Positions 10,974 through 21,100 of a stretch of 64,000 bases of DNA are shown one piece after another. Position 1 is the first letter of the stretch; each line of letters starts with the position of its first letter. The position numbers and the translations under genes were made by a program. The DNA comes from a bacterium (GTDB lineage Bacteria > Zhuqueibacterota > Zhuqueibacteria > Residuimicrobiales > Krinioviventaceae): the NCBI GenBank assembly GCA_963675755.2, contig CAXXMD010000002.1, forward strand, positions 2,240,001-2,304,000. The letters run 5' to 3'. Below the pieces are notes generated by a model. It saw nothing but the letters and a program-made list of their open reading frames with translations. It was not told the origin of the DNA and did no database searches.

Positions 10974-11834
10974 CTATTCCTGATTACAATGATCTATAAC
11001 GCGTTTTGCATTCACATAGCATAAATTCTGGTCTTGAATACCTTCAAAACAATACAACTCACGAAAAGTCTGAATCCGGCCATTATGCTTTTCAATTACA
11101 TCCACCAAAGCGCCATGCGGGCAATGCAGACATGTATCACTTTGATTTTCAAAACGGGTAGCCGTTTGCCGGGCTACCAACGCGCGGCTGTTGTTCCATG
11201 TTTGCTTACCGGACCGATACTCAAAATCTACATGCCAGATCTTGTCGAACAATATCCTGCCCTTGTCCAGTGCAAACTTGCCTTTGGCTTCAAACTGGTC
11301 ACCGGCAGCAAATCTTAACCGGTCTTGCTGGTTCGGTGAAATATGAACATAAAAAAAGTCATCAATTCCGGTTTGGCCAATAAATCCATTTTGAATGATC
11401 AACAGATATCCATCAAGTCTTATCTGACCGCCTTTTCCATAGACCTGCTTCTTGAATCTGGGCTTAATTGTTACAATTTCACACCAGATATCCATTTCAC
11501 GATTCTGGTATTCGCTTACCCAATCATTAAATTCTTCAACCTCTTGCAAAAACAACTCAAACTCTTGTTTTTCCACCTTGATGCGAGGTTGATAATTTAT
11601 TTTTTCATCCTCATAGTGCGCGCAGCCTTCACACAATCGCCCAACATAATTATAGCCGCGTACACACGATTTTCCGCGGTCCTTGAGTCTGCACGACCAT
11701 TTAAAAATAATACAGCCCTGGGGATAACATTTTTTCTGCTGCATAACATGATACGCTGACACGCGGTGCTCAAAACGTTCATGTCCTTTGTAATTACATA
11801 TAAATATATCAGTTCGTTTTAATGGATTTCTCAT
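10974..11834 (-). CDS. Cys-rich hypothetical protein
   Basis: 286-aa ORF with Cys clusters at both ends (CYPQGC, CEGC, CLHC); co-oriented with and 31 nt upstream of proS. Confidence 0.75.
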   Translation of the reverse strand: MRNPLKRTDIFICNYKGHERFEHRVSAYHVMQQKKCYPQGCIIFKWSCRLKDRGKSCVRGYNYVGRLCEGCAHYEDEKINYQPRIKVEKQEFELFLQEVEEFNDWVSEYQNREMDIWCEIVTIKPRFKKQVYGKGGQIRLDGYLLIIQNGFIGQTGIDDFFYVHISPNQQDRLRFAAGDQFEAKGKFALDKGRILFDKIWHVDFEYRSGKQTWNNSRALVARQTATRFENQSDTCLHCPHGALVDVIEKHNGRIQTFRELYCFEGIQDQNLCYVNAKRVIDHCNQE

Positions 11835-11942
11835 AAACGCTCATAAAAATATTAAATAATATAATTACACTGGTATTGATAAGCAAGAAAATAATAAGGG
11901 ATTTATGGCATGTAATGTATTGGATATATTTTCAGATAAATT

Positions 11943-11968
11943 AAAAAAAAGGCGCTTAAAAAGCGCCT
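11943..11968 (-). terminator. Rho-independent terminator after PTS EIIB
   Basis: AGGCGCTT/AAGCGCCT stem plus T tract on the minus strand. Confidence 0.75.
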
Positions 11969-12456
11969 CATTCTTTTTCCAATTCGAGAGAATCAGCTAT
12001 ATCGATAGGTGGACGTGTGGGTACGTCCCTGCCTTCAAGATAGATTTTCTTTTTGTATAAAATACTAAAATTTTCAATATCATTTTGATCGACAAAAATA
12101 AATGGGGTGATCTGGTTTTTGCCTGGTTTGAAATGCATTCCACCCACATTCACTTCTTTGATATCCACACCGGCATTTACCAGATCTACAATTGTTTTAG
12201 GTGAATCAACCAGCATTAAAACACGTTCTTGCACAAATTCATTTGCGTTCAAAGCATTAATGGTTTCTTCAAGCGTTAAAACAGATGCAGCTATTTCCGG
12301 GGGAACTGCAGACAAGTAAATTTTCCGCTGCCAATCGGAATTTGCGACTTCATCGCTGCACAATAAAATCCGTTGCGGTTTCAAAACATCTCTCCAGCCA
12401 ACAACGACCTGGCCGTGAATCAGTCGGTCATCAATTCTTACCTGTACCAGTGGCAT
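11968..12456 (-). CDS. PTS mannose/sorbose-family EIIB
   Basis: RIDDRLIHGQV phospho-His motif; NVGGM. Confidence 0.93.
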   Translation of the reverse strand: MPLVQVRIDDRLIHGQVVVGWRDVLKPQRILLCSDEVANSDWQRKIYLSAVPPEIAASVLTLEETINALNANEFVQERVLMLVDSPKTIVDLVNAGVDIKEVNVGGMHFKPGKNQITPFIFVDQNDIENFSILYKKKIYLEGRDVPTRPPIDIADSLELEKE

Positions 12457-12490
12457 TACTTACTCTCCATATTCTGTTTATTTTTCATTA

Positions 12491-12877
12491 TTATTTCAAT
12501 GTTGTTATACCGCGCAATCCATCATTTATTATCTCTTCTACCAATTCATCCAGAGAATAAGTTTCTCGTTTAGTAACAAAAGACAATATCATGGGTAAAT
12601 TTACGCCGGAAACAACCCGAACATTCTGATAATTCATTGCAATACCTGCTGAAACATTCCAGGTACTGCCACCTTTAAGGCAAGCCATTATAACCAGTCC
12701 ATCCTGCTGTTCGTGTGGTGCCTTGACAATTGCCAACAGTCGGTGATTAATTTCTTCCAATGTCATATCGGTCACTGAAAGCGCGTGCAAGCCTTCGTCC
12801 ATTCCAATAATATTACGGACCGCTTCTATCAAAGCACTGCCCATGGGTCCGTGTGTAATTAATGCTGCATGTTTCAT
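12491..12877 (-). CDS. PTS mannose-family EIIA
   Basis: LITHG phospho-His; GGST; VSGVNLPM. Confidence 0.88.
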   Translation of the reverse strand: MKHAALITHGPMGSALIEAVRNIIGMDEGLHALSVTDMTLEEINHRLLAIVKAPHEQQDGLVIMACLKGGSTWNVSAGIAMNYQNVRVVSGVNLPMILSFVTKRETYSLDELVEEIINDGLRGITTLK

Positions 12878-12885
12878 AATTTATT

Positions 12886-13863
12886 CTAACTCCGGTTTTG
12901 GTTCTGCATCTTTTGGATCAATCGTTCATTAAATTCCTTGGCCGGATGCTCGCCATGTTGCTTGAGTTGGTGATTCATTGCAACAACTTCTGCAATTACC
13001 GTAATATTCTTACCCGGAAAGATAGGAAGCTCAACAAGAGGCAGTTCAACATCAAGAATTTTTACGGTCTTGTCTTCTACTCCTGAACGTTCGTATTCGC
13101 GGTTTTCATCCCACAATTCCAGTTTAATTACCACATCAATATTTTTATTGCCGCGAATCCCTCTAATTCCAAACATTCTGCGTACATCGATAATACCCAA
13201 GCCACGTATTTCCATATGGTGGGTCAATATTTCACTTGGGGCGCCCTGTAATACATTTGTAGCCATTTTGGTTATGTAAACAGCATCGTCTGCCACAAGC
13301 TGGTGCCCGCGTTCAATCAGGTCGAGCGTTAACTCGCTCTTTCCAATAGCACTGGGACCGGTTATCAGCATACCTACACCATATACATCGATCAAAGATC
13401 CATGCACCAATATATATGGGGCAAATGTGCGATTAAGATATTCACTGAGATAATACGTAACAGTAGTTGTACTAAGGGGGGTTGAAAAGATGGTTATGGC
13501 ATTATTATTGGCAATTTCTACAAGTTCATCCGGTATTCGGTTATCGTTGGTAACAATAATACATGGCAGGTCAAATCCCAAAACTGTAGATATGGCGTGC
13601 ATTCTGGCTTCTCCGTGCAGGGTATTCAAATACCCTATTTCCGTATTCCCCATAATCTGGAGGCGCCAATATGTAAAAACCTCAACAAAGCCGCTTAGGG
13701 CCAAACCCGGTCTGTGTAGTTCCTGCTCTTTAATTTTTCGAATAAAGCTGGCTTCGTTATTTATGATTGACAATGATAATTTTTCAGAATTATCAAGGTA
13801 CAACTCTTCAACTGTAATAAAAGGCCTGACTTTGGGTTCACTATCAAGAATGGAATCAATCAA
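12886..13863 (-). CDS. hprK: HPr kinase/phosphorylase
   Basis: RPGLALSG, HGSLIDVYG, GKSE, RGHQLVADD, MEIRGLGII. Confidence 0.95.
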   Translation of the reverse strand: MIDSILDSEPKVRPFITVEELYLDNSEKLSLSIINNEASFIRKIKEQELHRPGLALSGFVEVFTYWRLQIMGNTEIGYLNTLHGEARMHAISTVLGFDLPCIIVTNDNRIPDELVEIANNNAITIFSTPLSTTTVTYYLSEYLNRTFAPYILVHGSLIDVYGVGMLITGPSAIGKSELTLDLIERGHQLVADDAVYITKMATNVLQGAPSEILTHHMEIRGLGIIDVRRMFGIRGIRGNKNIDVVIKLELWDENREYERSGVEDKTVKILDVELPLVELPIFPGKNITVIAEVVAMNHQLKQHGEHPAKEFNERLIQKMQNQNRS

Positions 13864-13902
13864 CGCTTGTACATCTCCATTTAAAATGTGCTTTATTCAG
13901 CC

Positions 13903-13944
13903 GGGCGAAAACGCCCCTGGCAAAGACCCTGGTCTTTGCCAGGG
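13903..13944 (-). terminator. Strong hairpin between hpf and hprK (terminator or mRNA-stabilising stem)
   Basis: 14-bp inverted repeat CCCTGGCAAAGACC/GGTCTTTGCCAGGG, overlapped by a smaller GGGCG-AAAA-CGCCC stem; weak U tract. Confidence 0.5.
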
Positions 13945-13949
13945 TATCA

Positions 13950-14270
13950 TTATTCTTCAAACTTTTCTACAATTTTTTCTTTGTCAAAATGTCTGATTTT
14001 TTCTTTATATTTTACTATATTCCGTTCTAGGGTATCCACCGCCAGTGTTATGGATTTATACATATCCTCGCTGCGGGTCACAACAGGTATACGGGTACCG
14101 TACACCTTGGCAATTATTTCAGCAACTTGCTCCTGCTTAATATAATCCAAAATTATTTCTACATCAAGTATTCCGTCATAATACTTTTTCAATCTGGTAA
14201 CTTCTTCGGTAGCGAATTCTTTTAATCGGTCCGATGGCTTAAAATGCCTGGCAGTGAAAGAAACTCTCAT
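13950..14270 (-). CDS. hpf: Ribosome hibernation promoting factor (HPF/RaiA, short form)
   Basis: FTARHFKPSDRLKEF...SEDMYKSITLAVDTLERNIVKYKEK. Confidence 0.9.
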   Translation of the reverse strand: MRVSFTARHFKPSDRLKEFATEEVTRLKKYYDGILDVEIILDYIKQEQVAEIIAKVYGTRIPVVTRSEDMYKSITLAVDTLERNIVKYKEKIRHFDKEKIVEKFEE

Positions 14271-14345
14271 ATGTTACCTCCTTAATTTAATATAAATAAT
14301 CAAAAAAAACAAATTGCCAGACGATTCAAATCCTCCTATTTTAAT

Positions 14346-15281
14346 TTATTTTTCATTAGCCCTGGGATGGGCCTGTTTATAAATGCGTTTCAAATGTTCG
14401 GCTGATACATGTGTGTAAATTTCTGTGGTTCCCAAATTTGAATGGCCCAATAATTCTTTAACAGACATTAAATCGGCTCCGGAATCCAACAAATGAGTTG
14501 CAAATGTATGCCGCAATGAATGCGGATGCGCTTTTTCTGTATCTGCTACTTTTTTAATATAATTTTGAACAATTGTTGCGACTTGCTGTCTGGTAAAAGG
14601 CTCCTTTTTTTCTTTAACAAATAAATAGCGGTTATATTCCTGTTTTACAGAGTCTTGCACTTCTATTTGCTGCAAATACCGGCGTATATCCTCAATTACG
14701 ATACCGGGCAGGGGTAAAACTCTTTTTTTATTACCTTTACCTAATACGGTGAGTGTGCCGCTATTCAGGTTCACATCACTTGTTTTAATATTGATCAACT
14801 CACTTACGCGGATACCTGTTGCATAAAACAATTCCAGAATTAAATAATCCCGTAATCCTTCAAAAGTCTCTACATCCGGTAAACTCAATAACGCCTTTAC
14901 TTCTGATTTTGTCATAAAAGACGGCAATTTTTTATCCAGCTTGGGAGAAGCAATATTTGCAACAGGATTCGCCTCAAGCACACCCTTTCTTACCAAATAC
15001 CGGGCAAACATCCGTAACGCGGAAAGTTTTCTACCGGTACTGCGAGCCGAATATTTTTCTTTCAACAGTTCAGACAAAAAACCCCGCACTATAGCTTTTG
15101 TAAAATGTTCAGTTGCAAAAAGTTCGTCTGTAGAATAACGGTCTTTTAAAAAGCTGACATAATGATTTAAATCACGTCCATATGCTGCTATAGTATTTGC
15201 AGAACTGCGTCGTTCAACTTGCAAATGATGTAAAAATTGAGGAATCCAGTTTTCTAATTTTTGTTTTTCCATCGTCATCAC
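14346..15281 (-). CDS. xerC: Tyrosine recombinase XerC
   Basis: YATGIRVSEL, GKGNK, HPHSLRHTFATHLL, LLGH, TEIYTHV; canonical topA-xerC-hpf synteny. Confidence 0.88.
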   Translation of the reverse strand: MMTMEKQKLENWIPQFLHHLQVERRSSANTIAAYGRDLNHYVSFLKDRYSTDELFATEHFTKAIVRGFLSELLKEKYSARSTGRKLSALRMFARYLVRKGVLEANPVANIASPKLDKKLPSFMTKSEVKALLSLPDVETFEGLRDYLILELFYATGIRVSELINIKTSDVNLNSGTLTVLGKGNKKRVLPLPGIVIEDIRRYLQQIEVQDSVKQEYNRYLFVKEKKEPFTRQQVATIVQNYIKKVADTEKAHPHSLRHTFATHLLDSGADLMSVKELLGHSNLGTTEIYTHVSAEHLKRIYKQAHPRANEK

Positions 15282-17455
15282 TTTTCGCTGATCACCGAAA
15301 TAAACTGGTTATCGTACAGATGATTACATTTAGGGCATTGATAGCCTTTGTGGCCCTCTGTCAAATCGTGTTCGACAAGATACCGGTTTCCGCAATTACG
15401 GCATAACATATTTACCGGTTTTTTCCACGCGGCAAAAGAACAATCAGGATACCTGCTGCATCCAAAAAACAATCGTCCTTTTGATTGTCTCTCTACTATT
15501 TTGCCGTCACATCCTTCAACAGGGCAAAAGATGTTGAGTGTGTAGGCTTTGGTAAAATCACATTTGGGATACCGGGTGCAAGCCAGAAACCTTCCATATT
15601 GTCCCTCTCTGACTGTTAGCGGTGCTCCACAAATCTCGCAAATTTCTTTTTCTTCTCTCTCATCAGCCTTATATATATATACGCAGCTTGCCGGGTAATG
15701 TTCACAAATTATTTTATTATCGTCACCGTGTATCAACTTGCCTCCGCACAACGGACAGACACTTTTTCCATCTGCGCCAGATGTTACAGGAGCTTGAACA
15801 GATCCGCCATGTTCAAAAAGTTTGCTGTAACTGTTAATAAACACCTCAACTTTTTGTTTACCAGACGCCACAGTTCGGATCGAATTATCCAGCTGCAAAA
15901 CTATACCTGTATTGATATAGCCTGAATACTTTAATAACAAGGCATTTATGGCATAAAATCCCTTTGCTGAAGGATAAAGTCCGGATCTCTTTCTTTCCAG
16001 CATTTGAATTGCAAAAAGCATGCCCGAATGATATAAATATTCGTAAATAGAACCTGCCCCGGATGCAAGCCACAAATGCAGCATTTCCGATTCAGTATAA
16101 CGGTTTGATATTTCGGACTGATGGGTTTGAATATCAAAATCCACAACCTCAAGTGTTTTACCGGTGTTCCAGGTATCCGGAATTTTCACATCTTCCTGAG
16201 CTTTTGATTTTTCGGAAAGAACCTGTCGAAATCCCCGAAACAGATCTGTTTCATATTCATACTCGCAAATACAAGGATCTTTTTTGTCATCGATTACAGT
16301 TATAGTCCTTGTTTCTGAAACAGATTTGGTCATTTGCGATGCAATATAACGGTGCCAAATCATTGAATAAATTTCGTATTGCGGTTCGGTCAGGTGTTTT
16401 TTGAGCTTGCGTGGAGTCAATCGCAAATCGAGTGGGCGAATAGCCTCCCCTTCCGGATGATGTTTGTTTTGCTTGTAAGCGCGTTGCGGCAGGTAATCTG
16501 TTCCATAATTGTTATAAATATATTCCCTCAACTCTGCAATACTTTCAGGTTTAACATAATCAGAAACAGAGAGAAAGTACGATATCAAACTTATGGGTTC
16601 GTCTCCACCAAGTCTTATACCTTTATACAACACTTGAAGAATTTTAATAACTTTTGACACAGAGTATTTGATCTGGGCATCTGCCAAAAGAGACTGCGTT
16701 GTATAGGGCTTGGGAGGCTGTGTTTGGGTTTGCCGGGTTTGGATGTTTTGAATTTTAAACTCACCATCTTTGATCTGAGAGACCATGGCTTTTGCGAGTT
16801 GAATGTTTCTTACATCCTGTTCTTCTTTTCCAATCTTGATAAGACTAAATTCTAAATTCTTTTTCCCCCTGACTTTGAAACGAATAGATATTTCAAAATG
16901 TCGGTGTGTCTTTTCGCTTTCAACCTCAGTTTCTTTTTCATATAAAAAGCGTAAAAGCAGTGCCTGTTTAATGTGGGTAATTTCTTTAATTCCCTCAACC
17001 GCTTTTAATTTAGAAAATTCATTCTGCAATAAACGGTTTGCCCAATAATCTGCGCATTCCGCATAAAACAAATCAGGGGTAACAGCCTTAATTTTTTTTA
17101 ATTCATTATTCAGATATAGGGCGGTATTCTGATGCATCTTTACTCTGACGATCTTTTTATAACTACCGTCAAACAATAATGCAAGCAATCCCGTTAAAAA
17201 ATCACTATCATCTCCGGGATCTACAACCAGAACAATTGTATGAAAAGGTTTAGCAAAATCTAAAAGAGGTGTGAATATATCCAACGCCGAATCGAGCAAT
17301 CTTACAGATTGGTTCGAAAAATCGACATTCTGTTTTATGAATTCATTACGATCTAATTTTTTCAAGAGCTTGTAATCCCGAAAAACCGTAAATCCATTCA
17401 TTGTAAACAGATCGTAACGGTTTTTAGAATCAACAACAACAAGCTTTTTTTGCAT
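15278..17455 (-). CDS. DNA topoisomerase I (type IA)-like protein with degenerate catalytic motifs and intact C-terminal zinc ribbons
   Basis: PPKPYTT, EAIRP, IWHRYIASQM, RYTE and C4 ribbons are recognisable, but ITYMRTDS reads ISYFLSVS, DPDREGE reads DPGDDSD, and GIGRPSTY reads GAGSIYEY. Confidence 0.85.
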   Translation of the reverse strand: MQKKLVVVDSKNRYDLFTMNGFTVFRDYKLLKKLDRNEFIKQNVDFSNQSVRLLDSALDIFTPLLDFAKPFHTIVLVVDPGDDSDFLTGLLALLFDGSYKKIVRVKMHQNTALYLNNELKKIKAVTPDLFYAECADYWANRLLQNEFSKLKAVEGIKEITHIKQALLLRFLYEKETEVESEKTHRHFEISIRFKVRGKKNLEFSLIKIGKEEQDVRNIQLAKAMVSQIKDGEFKIQNIQTRQTQTQPPKPYTTQSLLADAQIKYSVSKVIKILQVLYKGIRLGGDEPISLISYFLSVSDYVKPESIAELREYIYNNYGTDYLPQRAYKQNKHHPEGEAIRPLDLRLTPRKLKKHLTEPQYEIYSMIWHRYIASQMTKSVSETRTITVIDDKKDPCICEYEYETDLFRGFRQVLSEKSKAQEDVKIPDTWNTGKTLEVVDFDIQTHQSEISNRYTESEMLHLWLASGAGSIYEYLYHSGMLFAIQMLERKRSGLYPSAKGFYAINALLLKYSGYINTGIVLQLDNSIRTVASGKQKVEVFINSYSKLFEHGGSVQAPVTSGADGKSVCPLCGGKLIHGDDNKIICEHYPASCVYIYKADEREEKEICEICGAPLTVREGQYGRFLACTRYPKCDFTKAYTLNIFCPVEGCDGKIVERQSKGRLFFGCSRYPDCSFAAWKKPVNMLCRNCGNRYLVEHDLTEGHKGYQCPKCNHLYDNQFISVISEK

Positions 17456-17493
17456 AAATATCCCTGAGCCTAAAAGGGGGATTTCAGGAGAAA

Positions 17494-17961
17494 TCAGTGT
17501 GGCAGCATGTTGGAATTAAACTGGAAATAACCATCAGAAGCACTGTTTTCAAAATCCAATACTACCGCGGCAATCAAGTCCTGCATTTCTCTTACATCAA
17601 TACTTGCAAGCTGCAAGCTTACTGCACGCTCTATGATCTGCTCCATCATATCGTCAGTAACCAGTTCCAGTTCACGCAATTGAAACAGGTACCCATATGC
17701 CTCGGGAGAGATGATCTCTTTTTCAATTTCATTCAACTCTCTCCAGATTGCCCGGGGAACATCCGAAGGGTGCCCTTGTATGATCCGGTCTATACTTTCC
17801 CCATGGTTCAATAACCATGACATGGCCGTAGAGATCTCTTCATCACTAAAGCCCTGTTCCGATAATATATCTAAAATCAATTGTAAATCTATTTCTCCAA
17901 AAGCGTTGTCACGAATCTCTTTCATCACAAAACTCAGGATATCCAAAAACCTTTTGTTCAT
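17494..17961 (-). CDS. smg: Smg/DUF494 family protein
   Basis: GFSDEEISTAMSWL, ISPEAYGYLFQL; directly upstream of the topA-like gene. Confidence 0.85.
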   Translation of the reverse strand: MNKRFLDILSFVMKEIRDNAFGEIDLQLILDILSEQGFSDEEISTAMSWLLNHGESIDRIIQGHPSDVPRAIWRELNEIEKEIISPEAYGYLFQLRELELVTDDMMEQIIERAVSLQLASIDVREMQDLIAAVVLDFENSASDGYFQFNSNMLPH

Positions 17962-18133
17962 CCAGGTTCACTCCGCGTGCTTGTTTCATTATCCGAATAT
18001 ACACTTTTTTCATACAAATGCAAGTGATTGTTCTGGCATTTTTTCATCAACAACAGAACGATCACAAGCAATCGCATAAAAAGCAATATTTCAATCTTGA
18101 CCTTTGTGTATCAGTAACACAAATTTATTCTCA

Positions 18134-21100
18134 TTAATTGCCTTTACCACAGCAATTTTTATATTTTTTCCCACTTCCACAGGGACAAGGCTCATTTCTA
18201 CCAACTTTATTGGTATTAATCACCTGACGCTGCTTACCCGCCGGACGTCCCGGTGTGGGTTGGGCCTGTGCTTTACCCTTGGGTGGAGCCATTACCTGTT
18301 TAAACAACTCTACCTGAGAATGAGATGTAGATACCTTTTGCGGTTCGGCACGTCTCATTTCCCGTTCTTCAAGCTCACCACCAACATCCAGTACGCGGAA
18401 AAGAGTGCTTACAATATCTCTGTTTGTACTGTCAATCATTTTTACAAACATTTTGTAAGCTTCGCTCTTGTACTCAATCAATGGATCTTTTTGGCCATAA
18501 CCGCGCAATCCAATACCTTCACGCAGTTCATCAACACCACTCAAATGCTGACGCCAGTTCTCATCAATTTTTTCAAGTATATAATACCGCTCGTATCTGG
18601 CTACCATAGATTCGCCAATCTCATCTACACGGCGTCGGTAAATACTTTGTGCCCAACTACTCAGAATATTCATCACCGTATTGGGATCCATTGCCTCACC
18701 ACTTTCATCGTGCAGGCGTGGCGATTGTCTGAATACCAGACGGCATTCCGATTCCAAACGACGAATCTGGGTAGCATCAAGATCATCATTATTACCCAGC
18801 ACACCGCTGATCATCTGATAGATTGTATCATCGATCATGGTTAAAACAGAATCAAAAACAATATCTGTACTGAGCCGTTCCTGATGGTAACGCTCAACCC
18901 GGTCTGCATAGGTTTTATAGAAACTCAAACCCCATGCAACCAGTTCTTCTCGATACGAGTTTAATGTTTCACGTTCACGAGATGCCGGCAGAATCTTGTC
19001 CGGTTTTCCCATAAACATATTCTGAAAACTTGATGCCAGTAGCTGTTGTGTTGATTCGGCATCTTTGTTTTCTTTGATAACATTTTCAAACCTTGCAATA
19101 ATAGAAGATTCTATCAATTCTTCAATGGATGTATTGGCAAGTAACAATTGGTTATATACGGAAATATTTTCTCGTAAATGCTCCAAATAGGTATTTCTTG
19201 CCCATCGCATTGTCTGGTTAACAAGATCAGGCCAGTCTTTCAAGGCTTCAGCAGGTTCAAATGCTTTACCAAATACACCCTGCAAAAACTCTGCCTGTTT
19301 TCCTTCCAGTTCTAAAACATCCCGGCTGTGGTAAGCAGATGCCTGAATAAAACTGTGTTCAACTATTGCATTAATATATTGTACAGATGAAAAATAGCCC
19401 AGAATACGGTTACGATACAACATTTCATCCTTGGCGGTAATTGCCAGACCGTCAAGCCATTCCTGAACTTTTTCAATTACTTTTTCTCGTCGAATGGTAC
19501 GCATCTCATTTTCACCAATGGGCGGACGCTGCATAAATATCTTTTCAAGATCACTTAAAAAGTTCTCTGAATTCCAGGTTGCCGCTGGCGCATCAATTGG
19601 TAAATGACGATTAACCAAACCATTTACATAAATTTCCAGAAAAGTGTTCAACGGAATGGTTTTAAAAAGAATAAGGTCTATTGCTTTTTGCCCGTTTTCT
19701 ACCTGAGAATTATAAACAGATGCAGCCCATTCTTTCAATTTTGATTCAAAAGCATCAGCAGTATCAATATTGCTATTCTCAAGCCAATCTGGTTTTTGCT
19801 CAAAAATACGCTCCATTTCATAACCAATGCCTTCAATATTCCATTTTGAAATATCTCGGGTACCAGCGTTATGCAGTCTTATTTTCAACAATACCAGCTC
19901 ATCTATAATATCTTGAATATTACAATACCCGGTAATACGGTGACGTTCCTGCATTTGATAGAGGTGGCGCTGTTCTTTCAACTTTTCATCAACCCAGGTT
20001 CTCAAAGTCTCCCGAACACCACTAACATCCTGGCTTTCAAGTTCAGATTTGGTAAAATCAGGTTCTGCACCAAAATACCGTTTCAGATTTTCAAACAATT
20101 CATCCAGTTTCCAGGTTGAACGATCATCTTCTTCATCAATAAAGCGTTTGATCTTGGCTTCTACAAAATCTTCCGGCTGTGCAAAACCCAGCAGGTTTTG
20201 TCGTCGTTTATATATAATCTTTCTTTGTTCATTCAATACGTCATCATAATCCAGCAAATGCTTACGGATTTCAAAGTTGCGTTCTTCAACTTTTTTCTGA
20301 GCGCGTTCAATGGATTTTGTGATCATAGAGTGCTCAATGCGCTCTCCCTCATCCATACTGCCTAAACGACTCATAATATTTGTAATGCGGTCAGAACCAA
20401 ACAGACGCATGAGATCATCTTCCAATGACAGATAAAAACGTGAAGAACCCGGGTCTCCCTGACGTCCTGCACGACCACGTAACTGCCGGTCAATTCGACG
20501 GGCTTCGTGTTTTTCTGAACCAATGATCTGCAAACCACCTTTTTCAATCACATCTCTGGTAAGCTTGATATCCGTACCACGACCCGCCATATTGGTCGCA
20601 ATAGTTATAGATCCCGGTAGACCCGCTTTGGCAACAATTTCAGCTTCGTTTTTATGATACTTGGCATTCAATACCGTATGAAAGCGTCCCGATTCCAGCT
20701 CTTTAGTAACATCACCCTTTTTCAGCCAGTTGGCAACAGGAATACCGCGCTGGGTAAACAAATTACTCAGATGCTGAGAAACATCAACTGAAACCGTACC
20801 AATCAGAACCGGTAGTCCTTTTTCATGATACTCTATGGTATCTTTAATGATTGCATCATACTTTTCAGCCTTTGTTCGATAGATCACATCATTCATATCA
20901 TCACGAATAACCGGTCTATTGGTTGGTGCAACAATAACATCCAGCTTATAAGTGCTGTAAAATTCCTGCGCTTCGGTTTCGGCGGTACCGGTCATACCTG
21001 CCAGCTTATTATATAATCTAAAGAAATTCTGCAAAGTAATGGTAGCCAGTGTCTGACTTTCGGCCTGTACTTCAACACCTTCTTTGGCTTCCAACGCTTC

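Noticed and set aside
13330-13365. HprK P-loop variant GPSAIGKSE as a sign of inactivation
   Set aside because: GKSE, the ADD motif and EIRGLG are intact; a single Gly-to-Ala change is weak evidence.
14346-15281. Tyrosine recombinase as a phage or island integrase
   Set aside because: XerC-like length and motifs, housekeeping synteny, and no att site or phage genes nearby.
18015-18040. Sigma-54 promoter upstream of smg
   Set aside because: TTGCA is present on the minus strand but the -24 GG is missing.
18104-18844. 246-aa ORF antisense to secA, and similar shadows such as 22979-23599, 49671-50225 and 62999-63733
   Set aside because: Almost entirely overlap well-supported genes on the opposite strand and show no protein motifs.
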